From assembly GCA_963704755.1 (NCBI GenBank), contig OY969938.1, positions 2,100,001 to 2,132,000 of the forward strand: a stretch of DNA of 32,000 nucleotides, read 5' to 3'. The notes beneath the pieces are model-generated. The model saw only the letters and a list, made by a program, of their open reading frames with translations. It did not search any database and had not been told where the DNA came from. This stretch comes from an uncultured Chloroflexia bacterium (GTDB taxonomy: Bacteria; Chloroflexota; Anaerolineae; Anaerolineales; Anaerolineaceae). The translations under genes were made by a program, and so were the position numbers. Of the stretch, positions 8,139 to 15,368 are shown piece by piece (within the stretch, counting starts at the first letter, position 1; every line of letters starts with the position of its first letter).

Positions 8139-8534
8139 ATGAATAGCGAAATCCCGCTCTACCAACAAATCCGCGACCAGGTCGTGATTGCCATGGCCGA
8201 GGGCCATTTAGCCCAGGGCGATCCCCTGCCCACGACCCGCCAGCTGGCCATTGATTTTGGCATCAACTTCCACACCGTCAACAAGGCCTACGACGTCCTG
8301 CGCCGTGAGGGTTTCGTCAGCCTGACGCGCAAACAAGGCACTTTCGTCCGCCAGGCGCCCGAGGAAAATGTCGCCGCCATCGCCGATTGGCAAAACCGGC
8401 TGCGCACGCTCCTCGCCGAAGCGCTTGCCCGCGGGCTGCCGCCGGACGAGATCCTGGGTCGCTGCCAGGTGGCACTCGACAGCTTCACCCCGGCCCGAAC
8501 CGGCGCTAATAACGAACCTCAGCCGGCTTCCTGA
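8139..8534 (+). CDS. GntR-family transcriptional regulator, short YtrA-like subfamily
   Basis: IPLYQQIRDQVVIAMAEGHLAQGDPLPTTRQLAIDFGINFHTVNKAYDVLRREGFV is a canonical GntR wHTH. The effector domain is very short (131 aa total). I started at the internal ATG at 8139 because the upstream 20 codons lie in repeat-derived sequence. Confidence 0.8.
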   Translation: MNSEIPLYQQIRDQVVIAMAEGHLAQGDPLPTTRQLAIDFGINFHTVNKAYDVLRREGFVSLTRKQGTFVRQAPEENVAAIADWQNRLRTLLAEALARGLPPDEILGRCQVALDSFTPARTGANNEPQPAS

Positions 8535-8595
8535 AAGCCCCTGAACCTTAACTGGAGATTCTCAAACCTGCTTACTAATTCCGATATCGAATGAT

Positions 8596-9675
8596 ATGAA
8601 TACCGAATTCCTTTCCCTGATTACTACCTTCCTTCTGGCAATATTATTGCTGCTCATGCCATACCTGGTTTTTCCAACCGTACCGTTTGGTGTGCGTATT
8701 CCGTTGGCATATGTACAAGACCCGGCCGTCACCAGTGAGCGCCGCCGCTACACCCTGCGCTTGAGCATCCTGGGGATCCTCCTGATCCTGGTGGACATCG
8801 CTGCCTGGTCCTTGTACAAGTGGCAAGCGATACGCCCGTTCAGCATCATCTTAATGATTCTGGGCGGCTGGGTGATCTACTACCTCAGCCATCACCGCCT
8901 GGCCCAGGTAAAGGCCGACCAGAACTGGTTCGACAACGCCCATCAGGCCATCATGGTCGATTCCAAACCCCGCTCCAAAACACCTTCGCGCTTGTTTTGG
9001 ATCCTGTTGGCTTTGCCCGCCGCAGTAACCCTGGCGACGGTGCTGGCCGCCGCCTGGCGTTACCCGGCTTTGCCGGGCACGCTGTACTATTCCTTGCCGC
9101 AAAGCTTTGGCGAATGGACCCTGGCCAAGACGCCGCTCAGCGCGGTCTTGCCGGTCATGTTCCAGTTGCTCGTCACCGCCCTGGCCGCCGCTATGGCCTG
9201 GCTGTTCACTTTCGGCGCGCAGCCCATCGATGTGGAAGACCCCCAGGGCAGCCGGCGTTACCATCAGGCCATTGTCCAGGTCATCCAGGCCTTGCTCTTG
9301 CTCCTGGCATTGGGATTGGACTGCGCTCTTCTGCTTTCCGGGTTGGCGAGCTGGGGACTATTGCAGGTCAGCACTACCCTCATCAGTGTCGTCACCTTCG
9401 TGCCCATGGCCGCCTGGCTGATCATCGCACCGCTCTTGCTGATCGGTGTCCGGGCAGGTTCGAAAACCCCGGCTAAAACCAGCGGCTACGTCAACCGCGA
9501 TGATGATCGCTTCTGGAAGCTGGGCGTGATCTACGTCAACCGCGACGACCCCTCTCTCCTTGTTTCCAAGCGCTTCGGTGTCGGCCGCACCCTCAACTTC
9601 GGCAATCCGCTGGCCTGGATCCTCAGCGTAGCAATTATCCTGTTTATCCTTTACCGGGTTTTGACGAGGTCCTAA
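8596..9675 (+). CDS. DUF1648/DUF5808-type integral membrane protein
   Basis: 359 aa with about 8 TM segments. The C-terminal NRDDDRFWKLGVIYVNRDDPSLLVSKRFGVGRTLNFGNPLAW motif is typical of DUF5808. It lies immediately downstream of the YtrA-like regulator. Confidence 0.6.
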   Translation: MNTEFLSLITTFLLAILLLLMPYLVFPTVPFGVRIPLAYVQDPAVTSERRRYTLRLSILGILLILVDIAAWSLYKWQAIRPFSIILMILGGWVIYYLSHHRLAQVKADQNWFDNAHQAIMVDSKPRSKTPSRLFWILLALPAAVTLATVLAAAWRYPALPGTLYYSLPQSFGEWTLAKTPLSAVLPVMFQLLVTALAAAMAWLFTFGAQPIDVEDPQGSRRYHQAIVQVIQALLLLLALGLDCALLLSGLASWGLLQVSTTLISVVTFVPMAAWLIIAPLLLIGVRAGSKTPAKTSGYVNRDDDRFWKLGVIYVNRDDPSLLVSKRFGVGRTLNFGNPLAWILSVAIILFILYRVLTRS

Positions 9676-9756
9676 TGTTCAGTTATAAATAACTGTGAGA
9701 AAAACGGCATCCACCACCGGTTCGGTGCATAAAATTGCGAATAGAACGGAATAAAA

Positions 9757-10728
9757 ATGAACACAAAAGTTGATACACGCAGAATCTTTATCTTCCTCGG
9801 TTTTGCTTTTGGCATTGCCTGGCTGACCGGCCTGATCATCTACCTGACCGGCGGATTGGTCAACAGCCCGTCCCTGGGACAGGGTGTCACACTGGCGCTG
9901 GTGCTGATGGCAGTTCCGTACATGTGGGCCCCGGCTATCGCCCACATCCTCACCCGCCTGATCACCCACGAAGGCTGGAAAAATGTGTGGTTACGCCCCA
10001 ATTTCCGCAAAGGCTACCCCTACTGGCTGATGGGCTGGGTCATGCCCGCCGTGATGACCATCGTAGGCGCCGCCATATTCTTCCTGGTCTTCCCGGGCTA
10101 TTTCGATGCCAACCTGACCAAGTTGCAGCAAAGCATGGCCGGAACCACTTTACCTGCCAACTTTTCACCCTGGGGTATCGTCGCCGGTGAAATTCTGGTG
10201 GCCATATTGGTCTCCCCCATCCTCAACAGCCTGGCGACTTTTGGCGAAGAGTTCGGCTGGCGGGCTTATCTGCTGCACAAACTCCTGCCCCTCGGCTGGC
10301 GCAAAGCCGTGCTCATCCTGGGCGCCATCTGGGGCGTTTGGCACTGGCCGGTGATCTTTATGGGCTATGAATACGGGTTCAGCTACCCTGGCTACCCCTG
10401 GCTTGGCCCATTGCTGTTCATGTGGATCACTTTCTGCTTTGGCGTATTCCTGGCCTGGATTACCTTACGCGCCGGCAGCGTCTGGCCGGCGGTGATTGGT
10501 CACGCGGCCATCAACGGCATCGCCGCCCTGGCTGCCCTGGCCACCACCGGCCAGCCCAATCCGCTGCTGGGACCTCTCCCGGTTGGCATAATCGGTTCCC
10601 TGGGGTACGCAATCGTCGCCCTGATCCTGTTCTTCGCCCCTGGGCCTAAACTGATCCCGCTGCCAGAAGAAGTCATCGAGACCCCGCCGGTGCTCTCACC
10701 CGCCGAATCCGAGCAAGTGCAGGCATAA
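9757..10728 (+). CDS. CPBP-family intramembrane glutamic endopeptidase (CAAX protease/Abi-like)
   Basis: Catalytic motifs EEFGWRAYLL (EExxxR), WGVWHWP (FxxxH-like) and HAAING (HxxxN) lie in a polytopic membrane protein of 323 aa. Confidence 0.8.
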   Translation: MNTKVDTRRIFIFLGFAFGIAWLTGLIIYLTGGLVNSPSLGQGVTLALVLMAVPYMWAPAIAHILTRLITHEGWKNVWLRPNFRKGYPYWLMGWVMPAVMTIVGAAIFFLVFPGYFDANLTKLQQSMAGTTLPANFSPWGIVAGEILVAILVSPILNSLATFGEEFGWRAYLLHKLLPLGWRKAVLILGAIWGVWHWPVIFMGYEYGFSYPGYPWLGPLLFMWITFCFGVFLAWITLRAGSVWPAVIGHAAINGIAALAALATTGQPNPLLGPLPVGIIGSLGYAIVALILFFAPGPKLIPLPEEVIETPPVLSPAESEQVQA

Positions 10729-10758
10729 CCTGCTTACAAAATCACATAACTCAAATCT

Positions 10759-11235
10759 ATGGTTAATCGAATGAAATCAACCCGCAAAATCTCAAGTCCC
10801 GTCCTTATTTTCAGCCTGGTGCTGGCCTTGTTCGCTGCTGCCGGCCTGGCCGGCTGCTCCAACGGCAAAACCCTGACCGGCAGCGACCGCGATGCGGTCA
10901 TGGCCTACTCCGAGCCGATTGCCGATAACCTGCTCCAGGGCATGAATACCGCCGATTACGCTACTTTCTCGCGCGACTTCAACGACCAGATGCTCAAGGG
11001 TCTCCCGCAAGACAGCTTCACCAGCAACCTGCTGCCCAATGTGGTGGACAAATTGGGTAAATATCTCTCCCGCCAGGTGGATAGCGTCACCGAGATCGGC
11101 AGCAACGTGCTGGTGATTTACACTGCCAAGTTCGAAAACGACGACAATGTCACCATCCGCCTGTCGCTCGAAACGGCCGATCCGCACCACGTCTCCGGCC
11201 TGTATTTCACCTCCCCGACCCTGTCCCAGAAATAG
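10759..11235 (+). CDS. Secreted lipoprotein, DUF3887-like
   Basis: Signal peptide with lipobox LAGC followed by SN. The soluble approx 125-aa domain has no catalytic motif. The alternative ATG at 10771 (MKSTRK...) is equally plausible. Confidence 0.6.
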   Translation: MVNRMKSTRKISSPVLIFSLVLALFAAAGLAGCSNGKTLTGSDRDAVMAYSEPIADNLLQGMNTADYATFSRDFNDQMLKGLPQDSFTSNLLPNVVDKLGKYLSRQVDSVTEIGSNVLVIYTAKFENDDNVTIRLSLETADPHHVSGLYFTSPTLSQK

Positions 11236-11270
11236 AAGAATCCCCCCGATCTCACCCACATCCGAATCAC

Positions 11271-11305
11271 AAACGGGACGCACGTCCGTGCGTCCCGTTT
11301 TTTTT
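11271..11305. terminator. Bidirectional intrinsic terminator between convergent genes
   Basis: aaacgggacgcac (11271-11283), loop gtcc, gtgcgtcccgttt (11288-11300), then T-run to 11305. An A-rich 5' flank gives a U-rich tail on the opposite strand as well. Confidence 0.75.
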
Positions 11306-11337
11306 ACCCCCTTTTCAAAGGGGGCCAGGGGGATTCG

Positions 11338-13224
11338 TTATTCTCGCCCAAACCCCGGCAAAATCGACATGCCCCGCCTGCGGCTGGACGGTTGGGCCGA
11401 CTCTGCCTCGGTTTCGCTCGTTTCTTCTTCCGCCGGCGCAACCTCCTCGGTCTTGAATTGCAAGCGGTGCAGGCGCGCGTACAGGCCGTCCAGGGCCATC
11501 AACTCGGCGTGGGTGCCCAGCTCGACCATGCGGCCTTCCTCCAGCACTGCGATCCGGCTGGCATTGTGGATGGTGGACAGGCGGTGGGCAATGACCACAC
11601 TGGTCCGCCCGGCCATCAGCCGGTCCAGGGCTTCCTGCACCAGGCCTTCGCTTTCGCTGTCCAGCGACGAGGTGGCCTCGTCCAGCAGCAGGATGCGCGG
11701 ATCCTTCAGGATCGCCCGCGCGATGGCAATCCGCTGGCGCTGGCCGCCGCTCAACTTGACCCCGCGCTCGCCCACCAGCGTATCGTAGCCCTTGGGCAAC
11801 TGGCTGATGAACTCGTGAGCATTGGCCGCCTGGGCCGCTGCGATCATTTCATCCTCGCCGGCATTCAGCCGGCCGTACAGGATGTTCTCGCGCACGGTGC
11901 TGCTGAACAGGAGCGTCTCCTGCGGCACGATGCCGATCTGCTTACGCAGGCTTTCCACCTGTAAGTCGCGCAGGTCGCGCCCGTCGATTTGAATGGCTCC
12001 ACAGCTCGGGTCGAAAAAGCGTGGAATTAGATTCACCAGGGTGGTCTTGCCCGCCCCGCTCGGCCCGACCAGGGCCAGCACCTCGCCCGGTCGGATCTCC
12101 AGGTTGATATCTTCCAGGATATTGCTATCCGGGTCATCCAGGTAGGCGAAACAGACCCCTGCGAACTGGATTTGCCCCTGCGTTTGTTCCAGGGGATAGG
12201 CATCCGCGCGCTCGACGATATCGGATTGGGTATCCAGGATCTCGAAAATGCGCAAGGTCGCGCCCAGGGTCTCTTGCAGCCCGGTCCACAGGCTGCTGAA
12301 CTGGCCGATCGAGCCCGCCACAGTCAGGGCCAGCACCAGGAACATGAACAACTGGCCGGCCGTCAGCCGCCCGGCCAGCACCTCGTGGCCGCCGAACCAG
12401 AAAATCGAGACCACCGCCGCGAAGCCCAAAAAAGAGATCACCGGCCCAAACGAAGCCGAGACCCGCACCCGTTTCATCGCCAGGTTAAAAGCCTCCTCGA
12501 TCGAGCGGCGGAAGCGCCCGATCTCGAACTTCTCGCGGGTGAAGGACTGTACCACCCGCACCCCGCCGATGGCCTCATCCATGATCGAAGTCGCATCGGC
12601 CAGTTGGTCCTGTACTTTAGCGGAAACCACCCGCAGCCGGCGGCCGAACAGCATGGCCACCACCGCTACCAACGGGATGAGGGCGAACATGAACAGGGTC
12701 AGGCGCCAGTCGGTGATCAGGATTAGCACCAGCCCGCCGAAAAAGGTCAGCACCTGCGAGATGGCGGTCGAAACGTCGCTGGTGACCAGCGAGCGCACGG
12801 TCGAGACGTCGTTGGTCAGCCGGCTGACCAGTTCGCCGGTGCGGTGCTCGTTGAAGAAGCTCAACGAGAGCGCCTGCAACTGCCCGAACAGGCGGGTGCG
12901 CAGGTCCACCATCACCCGCTCGCCGATAAAGGCCAGTAAATAGGCGCGGAAGAAATAGAACACGCTCTGAGTCAAAAAGATCGCGATCAAGACCAGGGTG
13001 ATCTGGTTAAGCAGGCGTGCGTTGTTGTTCTTGAACACCGCGCCGATCAGAAACTGCAACGTGTACGGGCCGGCCAGTCCCAGGATGCTGCCGATCACGA
13101 TGACGACCAGGGCCAGGTACAGCCGCTTGCGGTAAGGCGCAACGAAAGCAAACAGCCTCCGGAATTGGCTGATATTCTTAAGCGGGTTTTGAGGTTTGGG
13201 TTTTGGGGATGCAGGCTCGTTCAT
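11338..13224 (-). CDS. ABC exporter, fused permease plus ATPase (type IV/MsbA-like, homodimeric type)
   Basis: Six TM helices followed by an NBD. All motifs are canonical: Walker A GPSGAGKTT, signature LSGGQRQRIAIARA, Walker B LLLDEATSSLD, H-loop VIAHRLST. ATG start with SD gagga. An approx 40-aa acidic C-terminal tail is present. Confidence 0.9.
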   Translation of the reverse strand: MNEPASPKPKPQNPLKNISQFRRLFAFVAPYRKRLYLALVVIVIGSILGLAGPYTLQFLIGAVFKNNNARLLNQITLVLIAIFLTQSVFYFFRAYLLAFIGERVMVDLRTRLFGQLQALSLSFFNEHRTGELVSRLTNDVSTVRSLVTSDVSTAISQVLTFFGGLVLILITDWRLTLFMFALIPLVAVVAMLFGRRLRVVSAKVQDQLADATSIMDEAIGGVRVVQSFTREKFEIGRFRRSIEEAFNLAMKRVRVSASFGPVISFLGFAAVVSIFWFGGHEVLAGRLTAGQLFMFLVLALTVAGSIGQFSSLWTGLQETLGATLRIFEILDTQSDIVERADAYPLEQTQGQIQFAGVCFAYLDDPDSNILEDINLEIRPGEVLALVGPSGAGKTTLVNLIPRFFDPSCGAIQIDGRDLRDLQVESLRKQIGIVPQETLLFSSTVRENILYGRLNAGEDEMIAAAQAANAHEFISQLPKGYDTLVGERGVKLSGGQRQRIAIARAILKDPRILLLDEATSSLDSESEGLVQEALDRLMAGRTSVVIAHRLSTIHNASRIAVLEEGRMVELGTHAELMALDGLYARLHRLQFKTEEVAPAEEETSETEAESAQPSSRRRGMSILPGFGRE

Positions 13225-13328
13225 GGTTCCTCAATTCTATATAGGTCACATTATCGACCGCATCGATGACGATTGCGGTCGAAATTATTATAATCCTCGC
13301 AGATAGTTAGGAGGGGAGAAGGCAATAA

Positions 13329-13362
13329 GGCAACCAGGGAAGAAGCCCAATCCCTGGTTGCC
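13329..13362. repeat. 12-bp-stem hairpin built from octamer-repeat sequence
   Basis: ggcaaccaggga (13329-13340), 10-nt loop, tccctggttgcc (13351-13362). The 3' arm runs into ttgcctcgttgcc. It lies in the 5' leader region of the minus-strand ABC gene. Confidence 0.6.
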
Positions 13363-13381
13363 TCGTTGCCTTTAGAAAAAA

Positions 13382-13403
13382 TGTAGAGTGGGTGCAGGGC
13401 TCA
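13382..13403. repeat. Solo copy of the MITE-like terminal repeat seen at 231-252
   Basis: tgtagagtgggtgcagggctca differs from 231-252 at one position. It is followed at 13449-13463 by gcccgtaacccacca, resembling the inner hairpin arm at 299-311. No matching right end was found. Confidence 0.5.
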
Positions 13404-13564
13404 TACGCAATACCGGTGCATCACCGGGCGGTAAAACAATCCGGGCCGTGCCCGTAACCCACCATCCTCGTTGGCCGGCGCTTCGCCCGCTAAGCTGGCT
13501 GGAAAACGATAAAAAAGCACATCCACCTTATGTCCACCTGCCGGTATCTGCCCTCATCCCCCGG

Positions 13565-13591
13565 CCCCTTCCCCCAGAGCGGGGGAAGGGG
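13565..13591. repeat. GC-rich REP-like hairpin
   Basis: ccccttccccc (13565-13575), loop agagc, gggggaagggg (13581-13591). It is preceded by ccctcatccccc, the same head found in inverted orientation inside each tandem unit (for example the complement of 20730-20739). Confidence 0.6.
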
Positions 13592-13620
13592 AGCCTCTCT
13601 GCCGGAAGCCTAATCCCTCG

Positions 13621-13740
13621 TTGCCTCGTTGCCTCATTGCCTCATTGCCTCATTGCCTCATTGCCTCGTTGCCTCGTTTCCTCATTGCCACATTGCCTCG
13701 TTGCCTCGTTGCCTCATTGCCTCGTTGCCTCATTGCCTTA
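13621..13740. repeat. Second TTGCCTCR 8-nt microsatellite array, 15 units plus degenerate tail
   Basis: Strict 8-nt register from 13621, using the same unit family as 7855-7998. The tail tcccttctattccctcttc resembles the tail of array 1. An inverted partial copy, gaggggagaaggcaataaggcaa, lies at 13311-13333. Confidence 0.9.
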
Positions 13741-13746
13741 TCCCTT

Positions 13747-14301
13747 CTATTCCCTCTTCAACCAATACCAGGTGGAGGGCTGATTATGCATCTTGCTGGG
13801 CGCGATCCTGGTCAGGCAAAACGCCGGCTGAAAAGCCTCCTGCACCTGCTGCGGGGTGACGCCGAAACTGGGGAACTGGTAATCGACAGCCCACATCAAA
13901 TACTGGCTGCCGGGATGAGTCAGGCGCTGCAACTCCGCCAGGTAAGCCTGCCGGGCCGGCTTGCCCATGCCGTGAAAACAGCCAATGTCCAGCACCAGGT
14001 CAAAGGGATCCTGCAGTACATTCAGGCGGGTGACGTCCTGGATAAAAAATTCCAGGCTTACCCCCGCCATGGCGGCCTTCATCTGCGCCCGTTGAATGGC
14101 GGTCGGCGAACCGTCCACGCCGACCACAACAAAGCCCTGCTGCGCCAGGTAAATCGCCTGGGTGCCGGTGCCGCAGCCCAGATCCAGCACCCGCCCGCGG
14201 GGCTGGCCGGCCAGCTCGATCACCGGGTCCGGTATTTCGCCGGTATCCCAGTTGGGTTCGGTATAGCGATACATCAAGTCATACATCTTGGGTGTGTACA
14301 T
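13747..14301 (-). CDS. Class I SAM-dependent methyltransferase (small, TehB/TPMT-like)
   Basis: 184 aa with the motif I sequence VLDLGCGTGTQAIYLAQQGFVVVGVDGS and a post-I acidic residue. ATG start at 14301. Confidence 0.75.
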   Translation of the reverse strand: MYTPKMYDLMYRYTEPNWDTGEIPDPVIELAGQPRGRVLDLGCGTGTQAIYLAQQGFVVVGVDGSPTAIQRAQMKAAMAGVSLEFFIQDVTRLNVLQDPFDLVLDIGCFHGMGKPARQAYLAELQRLTHPGSQYLMWAVDYQFPSFGVTPQQVQEAFQPAFCLTRIAPSKMHNQPSTWYWLKRE

Positions 14302-14496
14302 AAGGTTTTAAATTCACTCCCAAACAACAAAAGAAGTAACTACTCAGGCTTTCCTGAATTTGAAGTTCTTACTGATTAGGCCGAGCAGTTACAAAACAAG
14401 AATGATTAATCAAATTACCTGCCCATACTCCTAAGATACCCACTCTTTTTGGAGAAAATATGAAAAGATTGCGGAGGAAATGTGAATAATAAAAAA

Positions 14497-14754
14497 TGTC
14501 AGGTGTCATGTGTCAGGGTGTAACAGTGTTACGGTGTTTCAGTGTTTCGGTGTTGCAGTGTTTTGGTTTTATAGTGGTTCAGTGGTTCGGCGGTTTTGTG
14601 GTTCGGTTTATCAGTGCTTCTGGTGGCCCAATAGAAACGTTTTCTAAAGTCACTACCATTGCACAGCACCGTCCCGGCAGAAACACGGCCGCCCTGGCAC
14701 TGAATCACTGAAACACCGTAACACTGAAAAACCCTGTCCCCGACACCTGACACC
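14497..14754. repeat. Large imperfect inverted repeat (approx 57-nt arms) enclosing a second 8-nt repeat family (consensus approx YMGTGKTT)
   Basis: The left arm (14497-14553, tgtcaggtgtcatgtgtcagggtgtaacagtgttacggtgtttcagtgtttcggtg) matches the reverse complement of the right arm (14698-14754) at roughly 48 of 57 positions. Octamer phasing is visible from 14523 to about 14627. Confidence 0.8.
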
Positions 14755-14764
14755 TCTTCCACCC

Positions 14765-14793
14765 TTGACACTTGCCCTCCTCCGTCGTATATT
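14765..14793 (+). promoter_or_regulatory. Sigma-70-type promoter of the marR-ABC-ABC operon, with a small palindrome at the leader
   Basis: TTGACA (14765-14770), exactly 17-nt spacer, TATATT (14788-14793). Downstream, ctaaacaatttag (5-bp arms) is a candidate MarR operator. SD aggaga lies 9 nt before the ATG at 14830. Confidence 0.6.
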
Positions 14794-14829
14794 ACTTAAG
14801 TATCTAAACAATTTAGGAGATTAAACACA

Positions 14830-15294
14830 ATGAGCCCTGCCCCACCTGCTGAAACCACCCTCCAGAAGGTGATTGAACAATTTCTGGATACGATCCCGCC
14901 GACCTGGAACCTGGTGCGCGGGCACCTGCACGCCACGGCCATGGAAAAATTCGAGGTAACCGAAGAACAGTGGCACATCCTGCGCCACATCCATAAAGGT
15001 GTCGATTCCGTCAGCGGACTGGCCCAGGTCAAGCGGATTACCCCTTCGGCGATCAGCCAATCCATCGACCTGCTGGTCGATAAAGGCCTGGTCGAGCGCA
15101 AACACAGCAACCAGGACCGCCGCTTCATCCAATTGAGCCTGACCCAGAACGGCAACGACCTGGTCAGCACCATTTACCAGGCCAATCGCGAATGGATGGA
15201 AGGAAAAATGGCCGCCCTGTCCCCCGAAGATATCGCTACATTGACCCGGGGTATGCAGCTCCTCAAACAGGTCTTTTTTTCTCCCGAAGGATAA
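14830..15294 (+). CDS. MarR-family transcriptional regulator
   Basis: 154 aa with a wHTH region: EQWHILRHIHKGVDSVSGLAQVKRITPSAISQSIDLLVDKGLVERKHSNQDRRFIQLSLTQNG. Confidence 0.85.
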   Translation: MSPAPPAETTLQKVIEQFLDTIPPTWNLVRGHLHATAMEKFEVTEEQWHILRHIHKGVDSVSGLAQVKRITPSAISQSIDLLVDKGLVERKHSNQDRRFIQLSLTQNGNDLVSTIYQANREWMEGKMAALSPEDIATLTRGMQLLKQVFFSPEG

Positions 15295-15368
15295 CCACCT
15301 GGCCGGCTTCCCCGGTTGTCTTTTTGCCGGTCGCAGAACGGATACGAACCCTAATGAACTTATAACCC

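Noticed and set aside
7723-8142. ORFs 7723..8142, 7832..8035 and 7863..8051 (and 13388..13783, 13629..13859), encoding LPHCLIASLPRCLVAS-type proteins
   Set aside because: They are the three reading frames of the 8-nt microsatellite arrays. The periodic low-complexity translation, lack of start context and frame-independent openness indicate repeat artefacts, not genes.
13621-14379. 252-aa plus-strand ORF
   Set aside because: It starts in the octamer array and runs antisense through the well-supported methyltransferase gene (13747..14301 -). It is a shadow ORF typical of GC-rich DNA.
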